A stretch of DNA of 63,875 nt, filler included, from Octopus bimaculoides (GCF_001194135.2; 5 parts of 4 records of this genome joined end to end with filler, not necessarily neighbours in it), one strand, 5' to 3'; shown: positions 24,813 through 38,963, numbered from the whole stretch's first letter. Notes: generated by a model from the letters alone, not told the origin. Made by a program: numbers and translations.

Positions 24813-25755
24813 CAAAAAAGAAAACTTCTGGGTTCAGTCCCACTGCATGGCATCTTGTGCAAGTGTCTTCTACTATAGCCTCAGGCTGACCAAAGCCTTA
24901 TGAGTGGATTTGGTAGACGGAAACTGGAAGAAGCCTGTCATATATATNNNNNNNNNNNNNNNNNNNNNNNNNNNNNNNNNNNNNNNNNNNNNNNNNNNNN
25001 NNNNNNNNNNNNNNNNNNNNNNNNNNNNNNNNNNNNNNNNNNNNNNNNNNNNNNNNNNNNNNNNNNNNNNNNNNNNNNNNNNNNNNNNNNNNNNNNNNNN
25101 NNNNNNNNNNNNNNNNNNNNNNNNNNNNNNNNNNNNNNNNNNNNNNNNNNNNNNNNNNNNNNNNNNNNNNNNNNNNNNNNNNNNNNNNNNNNNNNNNNNN
25201 NNNNNNNNNNNNNNNNNNNNNNNNNNNNNNNNNNNNNNNNNNNNNNNNNNNNNNNNNNNNNNNNNNNNNNNNNNNNNNNNNNNNNNNNNNNNNNNNNNNN
25301 NNNNNNNNNNNNNNNNNNNNNNNNNNNNNNNNNNNNNNNNNNNNNNNNNNNNNNNNNNNNNNNNNNNNNNNNNNNNNNNNNNNNNNNNNNNNNNNNNNNN
25401 NNNNNNNNNNNNNNNNNNNNNNNNNNNNNNNNNNNNNNNNNNNNNNNNNNNNNNNNNNNNNNNNNNNNNNNNNNNNNNNNNNNNNNNNNNNNNNNNNNNN
25501 NNNNNNNNNNNNNNNNNNNNNNNNNNNNNNNNNNNNNNNNNNNNNNNNNNNNNNNNNNNNNNNNNNNNNNNNNNNNNNNNNNNNNNNNNNNNNNNNNNNN
25601 NNNNNNNNNNNNNNNNNNNNNNNNNNNNNNNNNNNNNNNNNNNNNNNNNNNNNNNNNNNNNNNNNNNNNNNNNNNNNNNNNNNNNNNNNNNNNNNNNNNN
25701 NNNNNNNNNNNNNNNNNNNNNNNNNNNNNNNNNNNNNNNNNNNNNNNNNNNNNNN

Positions 25756-25960
25756 NCATCATCACTATCCCCCTCTTCCTCTTCCTCTTCCTCCTCCTCC
25801 CCATCATCATCATCACCATCATTACCTCTCCTCCTCCTCCTCCTCCTTCTTTCTCTTCGTCATCATCATCATCATCATCATCATCGTCACTACTCCATCC
25901 TCCCTTCCTCCTCCTTCTTCTCATCCTCGTCATCATCATACCATCGTTGTCATCATCATT

Positions 25961-25991
<31 letters not shown>

Positions 25992-26051
25992 CTACTCCAT
26001 CCTCCCCTCCTCCTCCTTCTTCTCATCCTCGTCATCATCATACCATCGTTG

Positions 26052-26096
<45 letters not shown>

Positions 26097-26125
26097 CCAT
26101 CATCACTTTTTAACATCCATCTTCC
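25756..26125. repeat. (CAT/CCT)n compound microsatellite with an internal duplication of about 100 bp, abutting an RTE-tail remnant
   Basis: ACTACTCCATCCTCCC...CATACCATCGTTGTCATC occurs twice; TTAACATCCATCTTCCAT at the right edge. Confidence 0.8.
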
Positions 26126-26235
26126 ATACTGATATGAGTAAAACTAGAAGTTCATATGATCATCTTTGTTCTATGTCAGTTGAGTGATGAAAAGAAAAAA
26201 GACAGAAAGACAGAAGGAGAGTGACAGAGGGGGAG

Positions 26236-26274
<39 letters not shown>

Positions 26275-27729
26275 ACCACACGGACACAAACTGCAACAAT
26301 ATATCATGTTTTATTCAGAAATTACAAAATGATTTTGAAATATTGTTTCCCCTTTTGACTAAAAACAGCAGAAATTGAGAAATTGTGATCATATACACAC
26401 GCGCGCGCGCGCGCGCATGCATACATACATATATGTATATATATGGACATATATATGTATGTGTATTTATATTTGAGTGTGTGTATATGTATATTTATGT
26501 ATATATGTGTGTGTGTGTGTGTCTGTGTGTGTGTGTGTGTGTGTACCCCCATTCACTATTCACTGTATCCACCTCTCAACATTATCCAATCTCTGCAGTT
26601 GTCACCTACTCTTACCTGTCTTCTGATTTATCATGCACTCAAAACCTGTCCCTCATTCTTTATATTCACACATACACTTCCCTCATACTCATTCAGCCTC
26701 TGCCCACCCTCATTCACTCCTACTCACCTCATCCACGCAGACTCCATTTCGCCATCATTTTTGTCTCTTCCTTGGCCTGCTCTAATTACCCACACCTCTC
26801 TTGAAAAATATTAGAAGCCCTGCAGCCCCTCTACAGCAAAGACCTGTTCTGCTCTGGCCCATTATCTCTCAATTTAATCCCTCATCTCCTCTCATAATCC
26901 CCTACCAATGCTGAAAAGAAAAATCAAACAGCGTTTCAACTCTGTGTGAGTATATGTATGTGTGTGCGTATACAAGGGAAGTATATGAATGTATGTGTGA
27001 ATCAGCGTTCTTTCAGTAACAAATGATGATTGATGTTACATCTCCAAAGACAACCACTAAATAACATTGACAAGTGGATTAATTTGATTTACCATCCATA
27101 TTCTATCTGTTTTGTTAAAAATAATTATTACAATCAGACACACCTTCACATACATATACAAACTCATTAGAGAAAATAATTATTGCCTGAAAGTATCAAG
27201 AATATAAAACGACTGCAGTTGAAAGGTATATTATAAATACACATCTTAATTTAACAGTTTATACATCATTAATTTATTTAATTTAAGAAATTTTTACCCA
27301 GTGTTCTTTCAGTAACTATACATAAACTGACCGGGGTTCTTTCAGTAATTAACAATGATCAATGTCACATCTCAAAATACAACCACTAGATACCATTGAG
27401 AAGTGTATTAATTTGAATTACCATCCATATTCTGTTGTTTTACAAATAATTACTACAATCACATACATTTACATGAACATATACAAACTCATTAAAGAAA
27501 ATATTTATTGTCCGAGTGTATCAAGGATATAAAATGACTGCAGTTGAAAGGAATATCATAACTTTGGTAATAAAAGAATTATTAATCTAAAAGCTTCGTT
27601 TTGTACCTTATTTATATATAAAATACTACAATTAATCGTCATTTTTGACGGCACAGGGATAGCTAGTGTTAAATAATCAATGAGACAGAGGTTGTTATAG
27701 TTCACTTATGTAAAAGCTGTTTCTTAAAA

Positions 27730-28015
27730 TACTTCTGAGAATTTTCAAACTTAAGAGTTCAAATGGTTGTGTAGATCTTTAAATACAAATGTTTTTTTTT
27801 TCTGTTATGCAAATATCACATCTTTTATTTCCATTCTTGTTAGGCTGCTTTGATCTGTCAATAATCTTCCCTTTGATGTTATAATTGGAAGTAGTTTCTT
27901 CTAATTGCCAGATGTATCTGGTTAATTGTGTCACATTTCTGTTATGGATGTGTTTCAAATAGGAATCGTGGTTGTAGTTGCTCTGGTTCAACTTTGTTTT
28001 AGATTTTTCCATCAA
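27730..28015 (-). mobile_element. Penelope-like element endonuclease remnant
   Basis: ORF 27779-28015: HIHNRNVTQLTRYIWQL...YNIKGKII...NGNKRCDICITEK. Confidence 0.75.
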
Positions 28016-28260
28016 CTCTTGTGTATTTTTTTAAGCATATAATCAAACCTTATTTATCATCGCCATCATCACCACCACTGCCACCAGTACCACCACCATC
28101 GCCACCACTGCCACCACTGCCACCACCACCGCAACCACCACTACCACTGGTGGAACCTGGTGCTGTTCTGTGCCTTAACAGCTCCAGTCAAACTATCCAA
28201 CCGATACCAGCATGGAAGGCGAACGTTAAATGATGGTGTCGATGATGATGATGACGATGA

Positions 28261-28298
<38 letters not shown>

Positions 28299-28312
28299 GT
28301 GTTGGCTACAGC

Positions 28313-28570
28313 CTAGTCACCCATATTACGAACCAGGAGTTACACGAAGGAGTCATACCCAATGACTGGTGTAGCAGCATCATAGTCAACTGCTACAAAG
28401 GTAAAGGTGACGCTTTAGATACAAATAATTACAGAGGCATCAAGCTGTTAGATCAGGTTATGAAAGTTACAGAGAGGGTCATAGCCCAACTAATTAGGGA
28501 GCGAATCAATTTAGATGAGATGCAGTTTGGGTTCGTGCCAGGTAAAAGCACCACTGATGCCATATTTCTA
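28313..28570 (+). mobile_element. RTE RT fragment, young-looking
   Basis: GVIPNDWCSSIIVNCYKGKGDALDTNNYRGIKLLDQVMKVTERV...QFGFVPGKSTTDAIF, intact up to the gap. Confidence 0.9.
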
Positions 28571-28670
28571 NNNNNNNNNNNNNNNNNNNNNNNNNNNNNN
28601 NNNNNNNNNNNNNNTTAATTAATTAANNNNNNNNNNNNNNNNNNNNNNNNNNNNNNNNNNNNNNNNNNNN
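28571..28670. other. Artificial scaffolding linker (N44-TTAATTAATTAA-N44)
   Basis: Six-frame-stop 12-mer centred in a 100-bp N block; repeated at 53696-53795, 58511-58610 and 62429-62528. Confidence 0.9.
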
Positions 28671-28701
<31 letters not shown>

Positions 28702-29144
28702 TTTATCAAGAACAATAGTTGTTTATTGGGCCGGAAGGTTATGGAAGCTTTCCGTAACAATGTACAATAGGCTCACAAAAATTATTTTTGCATTTCACGG
28801 TTGATAGGCAGGGTTGCCAGGTATGTGAACAAAAATCCACGAGTTAAGGTGTGTATTAGATAAAATCCGGGCTACATGTGTTTCATAGCGAGCGGAATCT
28901 CGGAAGTGGTAAATATCTAAGTGAAGCCTAAACCGAAGGCTACTCTTGAGGCCAAGGGCATCTTGATTGAATGCAGTTTATATTGTCGTTTGGATGCCAA
29001 CGGTAATACACGGAGGACTCGGTCAGAATGCCTAGAGAGCTCAGTTTCAGGGGAGAATATAACTGAAGAGAAACTAGGAATATAAGAAAGAAAAAATAAA
29101 CGAAGCACTGCGAAGCATTTCGCCCGGCCTGCTAAAGTTTCTTA

Positions 29145-29372
29145 TTTTTTACTGCCTACAAGGGGCTAAACATAGAGGAGACTAACAAGGACAGACAAAG
29201 GGATTACCTCGATTACATTGACTCCAGTGCCTAACTGGTACTTAATTTATCGAATCCGAAAGGATGAAGGGCAACGTCGACGAAGGCGGAATTTGAAATC
29301 TGAATGTAACAACAGACGAAATAAGGCTAAATGTTTCGCCCGGCGCGTTAACGTTTCTGCCAGCTCGCGCCT
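29145..29372 (-). mobile_element. Meta-domain-like SINE
   Basis: Same consensus as 4470-4703, CpGs retained. Confidence 0.75.
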
Positions 29373-30289
29373 TTTTAACTAAGCTGTAATGTTATTTGAA
29401 TGCCAAACGCGAATAGAAATCGTTTTACATATAGTTTCAGTTTGCTTTTATTTGCCGTTTCTAATCAGCCGAAATAGTCTAAGTTCTCAGTAAAGATTTT
29501 ATTCAGCTGCTTTTATGTTTTATTAAGGGGGAGAGCTAGTAATATCCTTAGAAAAACAAGCAAAATTACTCGCGACATTTCATCTGTCTTTATGTTCTGA
29601 ACTGAAATGCCACAGAGGTCGACTATCCCTTTCATCGTTTAGGAGGCAAAAAATAAGTACCAAACGAGCACTGGAGTCGATGTAATCGACTTAGCCCTCT
29701 CCCGAAATCGCTGGTCTTGTGCCAAATTTTGAAACCAATATGTTGTGCAAACTCAGTCCATCATCTCAAATAATTGACTGCAAAACTTACAAATTGAGAT
29801 ATCAAGGAAGTATTGCATGCACTCATATACTTACCATGCGTTAACTTTGAAAGGATATCTTAGATTATTGGACATGCTACATATATTTTGTTTTGGTAAT
29901 TATGATCTTGAAACTTTTCTGAAGCTGAAATATCCGATATTTCTTTAAAAACTTAGAAGCATTAGAATATATGTAGCAGCGAATATCTATATATCATCAA
30001 GCTGGAAAGTGGAGACCATATTGAATCAGATTCTATATTGTAAAATTAATAGACGGAATACGTGCATATGTATATTTTTTCTTTGAGAACATACACGCTG
30101 ATTTGTATTATCCATCCATCTCTCATCCCTCACACTTAAAGCTTTTGTTGTCGCACACACTTCCAGCAATTTAGAATTATATACTTATGCTATCATACTT
30201 AAATCTCACTAGACTTCGGCACAGTGCTCTACGTATTAACTACATACATCACTTCAAACTTGTACTTCAACTCTAAATACTGTACATTA

Positions 30290-30609
<320 letters not shown>

Positions 30610-30736
30610 CCAGCGGGAAATCATGGTGTGAATTTTAGGGCTTATACATCTAATATTCTCCTATCCTTCCTTAATGCCGGATTCCATATACTATTCATAT
30701 CCGCACTCGGTCTGCTTAGAAGGCTGTTGTATCCTA

Positions 30737-30825
30737 GCATATGCGTAGTGGATAAGAGCGCGGGCTACTAACCCCAAGATTCCGAGTTCGATTCCAGGCA
30801 TTGACCTGAATACTACTACTACTAC

Positions 30826-30896
<71 letters not shown>

Positions 30897-31078
30897 TCGA
30901 AAAATACCTTAGGAATAAGAACGAGTTTCGAAATTTCTCCAAGTCACCTTGATGAAGGCTGAAGGGTATACCAGCCGAAACGTTGTGTTAACAACAAACA
31001 AGATGAGGACAAATATCCTTCAAATATAGATAATGTAAATAATGTACATAATTCCTCATCTCTCAAATATAGAACTGT
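30737..31078 (+). mobile_element. tRNA-headed SINE-like element with (ACT/AAT)n linker and a hammerhead-type 3' module
   Basis: A box TAGTGG-TAAG, B box GAGTTCGATTCC, then the microsatellite, then TTGATGAA-GGCTG[10]CAGCC-GAAACGTT-GTGTT at 30943-30989 (core carries an extra T). Confidence 0.7.
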
Positions 31079-31961
31079 ATAGATACATCAATTCATCAAT
31101 ATTCAACACTCGAAACGTTACAGTTACTATATGGAAGTCCCGCTGCTTTCATCAGTACACATCTTTAATTGCAGCACGTCATGAATGTAAGTTTGCACGG
31201 TCTCTAAAAGAGCTGGTCTTCAGTCGTCACCTGACAATCTCATATTACAATAGCTGCATCTCAAACAATATCCAAACAGTTGCTATCAGTTGATGATTCT
31301 GTACTGAACACGTACGTGATCTACATTAAAATGTTATTCTTGAATTTGTGACGGCGCTACTGTGATAATCTCTTCTGTCACTGTTAAAACGGTCGGTCTG
31401 TACACTTTCGAAACTCGCCGTATTTCTAAAATCTTCCTTCATCCTTCCCCACGTGACACATCTATTTTTTCTCACATCCGCTACCAAAACCAGCTGGAGC
31501 CCATATGTTCATTCCTTCTCTCGACAGAGTGCACTCATGTCTATCATCCTGGTGTTGATATACAGCTGTTGCAACTGAACATCTACGGCGTTAACTGCGT
31601 CTATCATGAAATGGTGCAAATATCGTTTCGACCTTGTTAATTAATATTATTTCTAGAAAATAAAATCTTGGTAGCAGCGTACAAAACGTAAATCTAAAAG
31701 TTATATTTAATATATACAACTATCTATTAATAGCTTTTACTGTGTTTAATATTTCAGTAGTTGAATTATATAGAACTCTCCCGAAGTCATAACTATATAG
31801 TTAAAGATATTCCGCATCTAGATGCGTTATTAAGGAGGTGTGTGGCTGAAACCTCCATGTTTCTGTACCAAGATAAATTAAAGCAAAGTCAAACTGCAAC
31901 TCCAATACAGATTTAGTTACTGCTGCATCTATATCCAATATACAATGAGATACGTTCAGCT

Positions 31962-32120
31962 AGAAAGTTACCCTCCGAGGCACAAGTCTGGGCAAAGTTG
32001 TTTATATAAGACCGGCAGTCACCCATGCATACCAGCCTCTCCTCTCCACGACACCGATGCTATCCAAGGGAAAGGCAAAGGCCGATACAGCTTCACCCCA
32101 GTGACGTCGCAACTTATTTC
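31962..32120 (-). mobile_element. SINE 3' fragment (Nin/Deu-like domain suspected)
   Basis: Minus strand TGCGACGTCACTGG...AGCTGTATCGGCCTTTGCCTTTCCC; family assignment is from memory only. Confidence 0.35.
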
Positions 32121-33158
32121 TACAATATCCTCCATGTTTCATTGTAAGTCCCCAAATTCGACGAAGTTTTAAAATAAAAAAAGTCAAAACTTAAAGTCTT
32201 TTCTCTGAACGTAGACAAAAACAATAGAATACAATACAATTTAACTATATTCTATTTAAATTGCTTGTGCATAAGTAATACTCGAAGTTTTGTGCCATCG
32301 TATCCGTTGCATAACCCCATATCAATCCCAGTTGATCAGACTTACGAACAACAATATTTAAGTCTAGACGTTCCTATATTATTCTTAGTGTAGGTATACC
32401 TTGCCAATTAGGTCTTACTGTTTTTTCTAGACGATAGTGCGCGGTTTAAAGATTGTTTGGTAGTTATTTCTAGCTGTTCGAACGAATGCGTATACGTTAC
32501 AATAAGCATCGTAAGTGCAATACAGAGAATGTTTAATTTAGCTTTTGTTTCATAACATGAATGGCGAGAAAGCGACGGAAAACAGCATTAAATTGAATGC
32601 CATTAAACTGATGTCTTCGTGACACATTTTCCTGAACACCGCTGTCGGAAACACAGTGAATTAAATAGGCTTCACAATTTTCTCTTTTGGCAAATAATTA
32701 CATATTTCAAATGCGAAAAGATACAATTTTTGCTCAGCGCATTCTTTATGCTCTTTAGACATTCCTTTGATTATACGTTCAGCCAGCATAAAGTTTAAAT
32801 TTGAAGACGCGTTTCATTGTCTTTGTTGTTGTTTTTTCTATTTTTATTTTGATTTTAAATAATTTAATCGACTGACTCTTTAGAACTTTGCTATCATTTT
32901 ATGCTCACAAAGAAATAATTTCAAGTCAATAATATAGTTACCTCAATCAACATTAAGTTGTGCATTTTAAAAGAGGGATAATTGCAATCTACAACTGACA
33001 TTAAAACAATTGATTTTCGCCATTGTAAATACAAAGGAAATGTTCGTGTATTACATGCTATTCACAAAAAAATCTTTCATCAAAAGAACATTTCTATGGA
33101 TTTAATCAGTCTTTGTGAACGGATCTGCTAGAAGTTAGGATCTATGTATGTATGTATG

Positions 33159-33205
<47 letters not shown>

Positions 33206-34106
33206 GTATGTATGTATGTATGTATGTATCTATATNNNNNNNNNNNNNNNNNNNNNNNNNNNNNNNNNNNNNNNNNNNNNNNNNNNNNNNNNNNNNNNNN
33301 NNNNNNNNNNNNNNNNNNNNNNNNNNNNNNNNNNNNNNNNNNNNNNNNNNATATATATATATATATATATATCCATCTATCTATGTATGTATGTATGTAT
33401 GTGTGTATGTATGTATGTATCTATCTATCTATCTATTTATCCATCCATTTATCTATCTATATATCTATCTATCAAGTAGAAATTATGGGTAAAAACAGAG
33501 GTATGACAACTACAGCTATACTCAGAGTTTTCTGTGGAATATAATAACCCGTGTTCTTTTCTATGCATCTGTTACGCAACGTCTATACTGATTAGTATGT
33601 AGTTCATACAAGTTATGAATTTCACAGCAAATATAAGAGAAATTAAAAAGGTGAAGCACGCATAAGGACATTAATATAAACTTGCCTTAGTCCTTATTTC
33701 TCATATACATGCGTGTATGCGTGTGTGTGCGCGCGTGTGTGTATGTGTGTGTGTGTATGTGTGTGTGTATTTTAATATTTCGCTTAGACATAGCGAGACT
33801 AATATGGTGTAGAACTCAATATACCTATGAACAAGAATACAAAGCTATATGAGACTAGTGTGGCGATAAAAAGAAATAACATCGGAAGAACCGAATGCTA
33901 TGTAAGGGACTTCCTTAACTTACCGGTGTTTCTGCTATAAAACGTCGTGAACTCTTACTGGAGTGCCAGAATATAATATCCTATAGGTTCATCAGAGCCT
34001 TGAATATGAAGTATTCAACTAAGAATCCACGAGATGTTATAGCAGAAACAGTTGTAAGCTAACATTTGGTTTTTCCTGCGTCATCTTTTTACTTCCTTAC
34101 GTGTGC

Positions 34107-34143
<37 letters not shown>

Positions 34144-35169
34144 TTACTTGTAAGCACCAGACACCTAAACATGTAAGACGCCAGACGAACATGGCTAAGT
34201 ACAGAGACAGTGCATGCAGTGTTATAAAGCAACACAGTATATTTCAAGTGCAAGTACCAAATCAAATTTGTAACTGTTGATCCGGCTGACCAGGGATCCC
34301 TGGTGTGGTGCAGGTATTCGTGTTTACTATATATATATATATATATATATGGATTTTCATGAAAATTTATAATTCTATAGCGCAATTGTAGCTAGACCAT
34401 ATACAGTTTTAGAGGTGTATGCCATGACGCACTTTCCGTACATTTAGTGGTTATCTACATGTGGTCCAGTACAACCTTCGACCCTTTCTATCCAAAAGGA
34501 TTTTTAACATATTTACGTGCTAGTTCCCAAAAGACATATATATGTATAAAGATATAGAAATTTTAAAATTCCTTATCATAAAATTTCTTTCGAATAAATA
34601 TAGACGACTTAATCAACACCTGTGTTCAAATGCTGGAATTCCCCGTGAGGAATATAAAATTGTAGTCGTAATCATGGAGAGAGTGAATCGCAGAGGACAG
34701 TGGGACATAATTCAATATTCCAATTAAGCATAATATAATCCAACGTTTGTGATATGTGGCGGAAAAAAATGTTAGTTTAGATTTTGTAGCCAAATGATGT
34801 TATAGAGCTTGCAAATTTGTCATCTTGTTCTGTCAACGTAATGTAACAAACAGAAAAGAAAAGGTTGCTACATTTATTTGATATCAGTACTGGCTATGAC
34901 AGTTTGATCAATTCTTGAAATGAATGCTCTTTTACATATAAACAATTGTCTTATTATTATTTGACTTATGACAACAAAATTCTAAATAGAATGAAAATTA
35001 TAACTAGGCTCGTACATTACACGGACAATTTTCTATATATGATATATGGCATCTTGGCTCGAATAATTGAATATCGAAATAGTATAATAGATAATTTATG
35101 ATTTGATAGTCGTAAATCAAACCGTTGTATGTACACACATACACACACATATATATATATATATAGTCT

Positions 35170-35790
35170 TTATAGCGCATACATCTAAGGAACTGGAGGA
35201 AATGTTCACAGCTATCTAGACTACAAGCCAAACTGTCGACATCAGTATGTACGTTGGAAAGACAAAGGGCCTGATCAAGAGGTACGTTACGCCAGCGCCC
35301 GGCCCCATAAATGGTAAGACCATAGAACATCTTTGTTCACGTGATGAAATTGGTGACGAAAGAAGGAAATATTTTCTCGAAAATGAAGAGAATAGCGCCT
35401 GCTTGGGCGGCCTTTGAGAAGGTATAAAACCTCTTGAAAAGACTTAAGGTATCTATGAAAATTAAAAGAATATATCCTGCCTCTGATTATTTACGACAGT
35501 GAAACATGGGCTCTGAGCACTAACATCATAAAGGCCCTCATTGTAGCCCAAAGGAAAATGGAACGAATCGTGTTCGGCATCATATTGCAGGACAAGGAAA
35601 CCAGCCCCAAGATAGATAGCACTTCCTGGTCATCGTATTCAGAAGAGGTATCAAGGGGAACACATATCAATGGGCTGTCCACATCCTGTGACTGACAGAC
35701 AATAGATGGACAATCGGGGTGACGGAATGGACACCAAGACAATAGAGAAAATCAAAAGGACGCCCAGAGACGAGAGGTGAGACTCTCTCA
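35170..35790 (+). mobile_element. Old RTE/RTE-X LINE C-terminal fragment (different family from 6040)
   Basis: ILPLIIYDSETWAL...AQRKMERIVFGIIL...YQWAVHI..LTDNRWT..VTEWTPR...GRP. Confidence 0.75.
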
Positions 35791-36108
35791 CCCGCTACCT
35801 GGGGACTAAGTAGCCACGACTGACCAGAGAATGACTGGAATTGAAGGAGTCTAGTGCGGGTTGTGGTTTTACTTTGGAACTTTGGTACGTTTCTCCGTTT
35901 TGTTACACGAGGCTGTAAAGGATTTCAGTATCTTGACTGTTGTTTCCCTTGCATTGAGATTTGTGGCTGGGAACTGCGTTCGTCGGAGATTAATTTAATC
36001 CCTTAATTCTCCAGTGAGAACTCACGTGCACGTCCAAATTTACAAATGGAAATACGCACATATGTGCACGTGCATATCGATACAAAATATGTACACACAA
36101 GCACACAA

Positions 36109-36140
<32 letters not shown>

Positions 36141-37032
36141 ATACTCACACATGTATATTCATATATCAGTGCGTATGTAGATTAGGTTCTATTGTTTCTA
36201 AGTGTTATTTGCAATTATAATATTGGGGAGAATTATTGTAAAGGAATGAATAAGAGTGAGGGTTAGTGAGTGTCAGGAGTGAAGTTGAGAAAAGCGGAAA
36301 TGTTTCCGTGTGTGTATCTGTGTATATATGTATTTGTGCATGTGTGTGTATATGAGTGTGCGTGCGTTTGGGCGTGTGTGTTTACATGTGTATTTCTTGT
36401 AGATATGCAAAAATAGCTGGAAACGAATGAAACGAAAATAAAATATTAATTAACAGACATGTGGACATGTGCTTACTGATGGAAACCAAAGTTCACTTCG
36501 AAAGTGAAGTTTACAATTCTTTTAAACCGAAGTAACAAAACTGACAGAGCGAACTCGTATGTCTCCTGTCAGACCGTCTGTAAATGTGCGTGTTCCTATG
36601 TTTTTATTTCTTTCAAATTAGTAAAATTACCTGCAGATATAAATAAAAAGAATCCGTAACAATATTTCAATGTTGTTAGAATATTTGCGTGCCAGTTCAA
36701 GATAAAAAATGGTAAGAGATATAAGTGAGTAAAAATTATCAGAATAAACACTTTATTTATACACACGTAAAAATCTACTGTTAATAACAAATGGTAATAG
36801 TACTTCTAATTCTGGAAATGCATATGAGGCAGAACAATGTACTTGAGATGCTAAGAAGCGAGTTAGTGTACTTGAGATGTTACGAAGCAAGATGCACCAG
36901 CAGTAAGGCTGGACCAAAATTCCCCAAACTCTCTTATGAAACACTGGAGAAAGTTCAAATGAGAAATCAATAAGAATTAGAAAGACGCTTGCAAAGATGA
37001 AAGGTTTGTATATTTTTATACTTGATGAGAGA

Positions 37033-37111
<79 letters not shown>

Positions 37112-38176
37112 AGAAAGAAACAGGTAGACAGACAGACAAACAGAGTAGTATAGTACAAAGAAGACAATGACCAACTACCTGTTTGGAAAATGAAACAGGA
37201 AAAAGCATGTATATGACAAAATGATGGTCAGACACGATCTTTTTAATACGGCTCAGGAATGAATAATCAAAGTATTTAACACTTCAGGCAAAGATCTAAT
37301 ACGAGAAGAGAAATGAAACTAAAGAACAAAGACTTTTAGTCGAAGGAAACGTTAGAAATCTTGGACACCATAAAAAAGGAAATCAAATGTGATAGAAATG
37401 GGAGTCCTCTTGATGCTGAGATTATGAGGCATAAACAACATTGCAGAATGCAGTGCATCATTAACATGGAGCAAAATGTTCATAACATGTCAGCTTTGTT
37501 CCGCTAATCATTTTCTATCTGAAAAATGCAGCGTTGCCTTATTAAATAACTCCCGCTATAAAGATAAATTGAAATCCTTCAACAACAATGGCTTCCTGAA
37601 ATACATGAAGCATGTTATGAGCGTCCAAAGTCATATTTATATCTCAATTTTGAGAACAAAATTTGATTTTACAACTCGTTAATTTCTTTTGTTTCTATGG
37701 GACTGAATGAACTGGACAACAAACGGTTGAATAAGACTGACTTCCATTATATATGCTCAAACTTATCATCGCACTTAAAGATCATGCTTCCAAATGAATG
37801 GGATCAAAAACAATTCGCTGAAATGCGTTCTGCTGTCGATTCAGAGATGATTAATTAAACTGGAGTTAATCATTAAGTAAATTTGAATGCATTCTTAAAT
37901 CAATGGTCGTCCTAGATAAAATTAACGCAGGACCAATGTTTTCGCAAATGATACAAAATGCTATTACAGAACTACAGAAAGAACGGGACTACAGGGAGAC
38001 AGCAATCGTTGTGTTTACAGAAAATAGCTCAAGGCATGAAATGTCAATACGAACTCAAGAATAGAAGTGTGTGTATGTTTGTGTGTGTGTATACACACAC
38101 ATGTATATATGCATGCGTGTGTATACATATTTGTTTCAGTCATCCTCAGGAAAATATATATTTTATACATACATAC

Positions 38177-38213
<37 letters not shown>

Positions 38214-38558
38214 TGCGCATAGATACATACATACACACATACATACATACTTATATGAGATCAAANNNNNNNNNNNNNNNNNNNNNNNNNNNNNNNNNNN
38301 NNNNNNNNNNNNNNNNNNNNNNNNNNNNNNNNNNNNNNNNNNNNNNNNNNNNNNNNNNNNNNNNNNNNNNNNNNNNNNNNNNNNNNNNNNNNNNNNNNNN
38401 NNNNNNNNNNNNNNNNNNNNNNNNNNNNNNNNNNNNNNNNNNNNNNNNNNNNNNNNNNNNNNNNNNNNNNNNNNNNNNNNNNNNNNNNNNNNNNNNNNNN
38501 NNNNNNNNNNNNNNNNNNNNNNNNNNNNNNNNNNNNNNNNNNNNNNNNNATATACATA

Positions 38559-38602
<44 letters not shown>

Positions 38603-38878
38603 TGCGCATAGATACATACATACACACATACATACATACTTATATGAGATCAAAGGGAGAAGTAAAGTTATTTATGTCTGAGTGCAACAGACTGTTAAGA
38701 AAACGTAACGTAAAATTAGGAAATAATACACATAACATAAATAATAATGATAATATTGATTCCAAATATTGGAATCTGACCTGAAACGTAGGGGCGGAGA
38801 CGAAATTATTTGAATGGTACTTTATTTTATGGTCCGGGGAATTATGAAATGCAAATATATCCGCGCTAAGATATTATT

Positions 38879-38963
<85 letters not shown>

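Noticed and set aside
28615-28626. TTAATTAATTAA islands as regulatory or homeodomain sites
   Set aside because: Centred in identical 100-bp N blocks; an artificial linker.
28725-28910. CCGGAAG/CGGAAGT ETS-like motifs suggesting a housekeeping promoter
   Set aside because: Two short motifs beside a linker; no transcript can be tied to them.
36490-36575. Short hairpins TTCACTT-CGA-AAGTGAA and CTGACAG...CTGTCAG
   Set aside because: 7-bp stems are too short for a pre-miRNA and are expected by chance.
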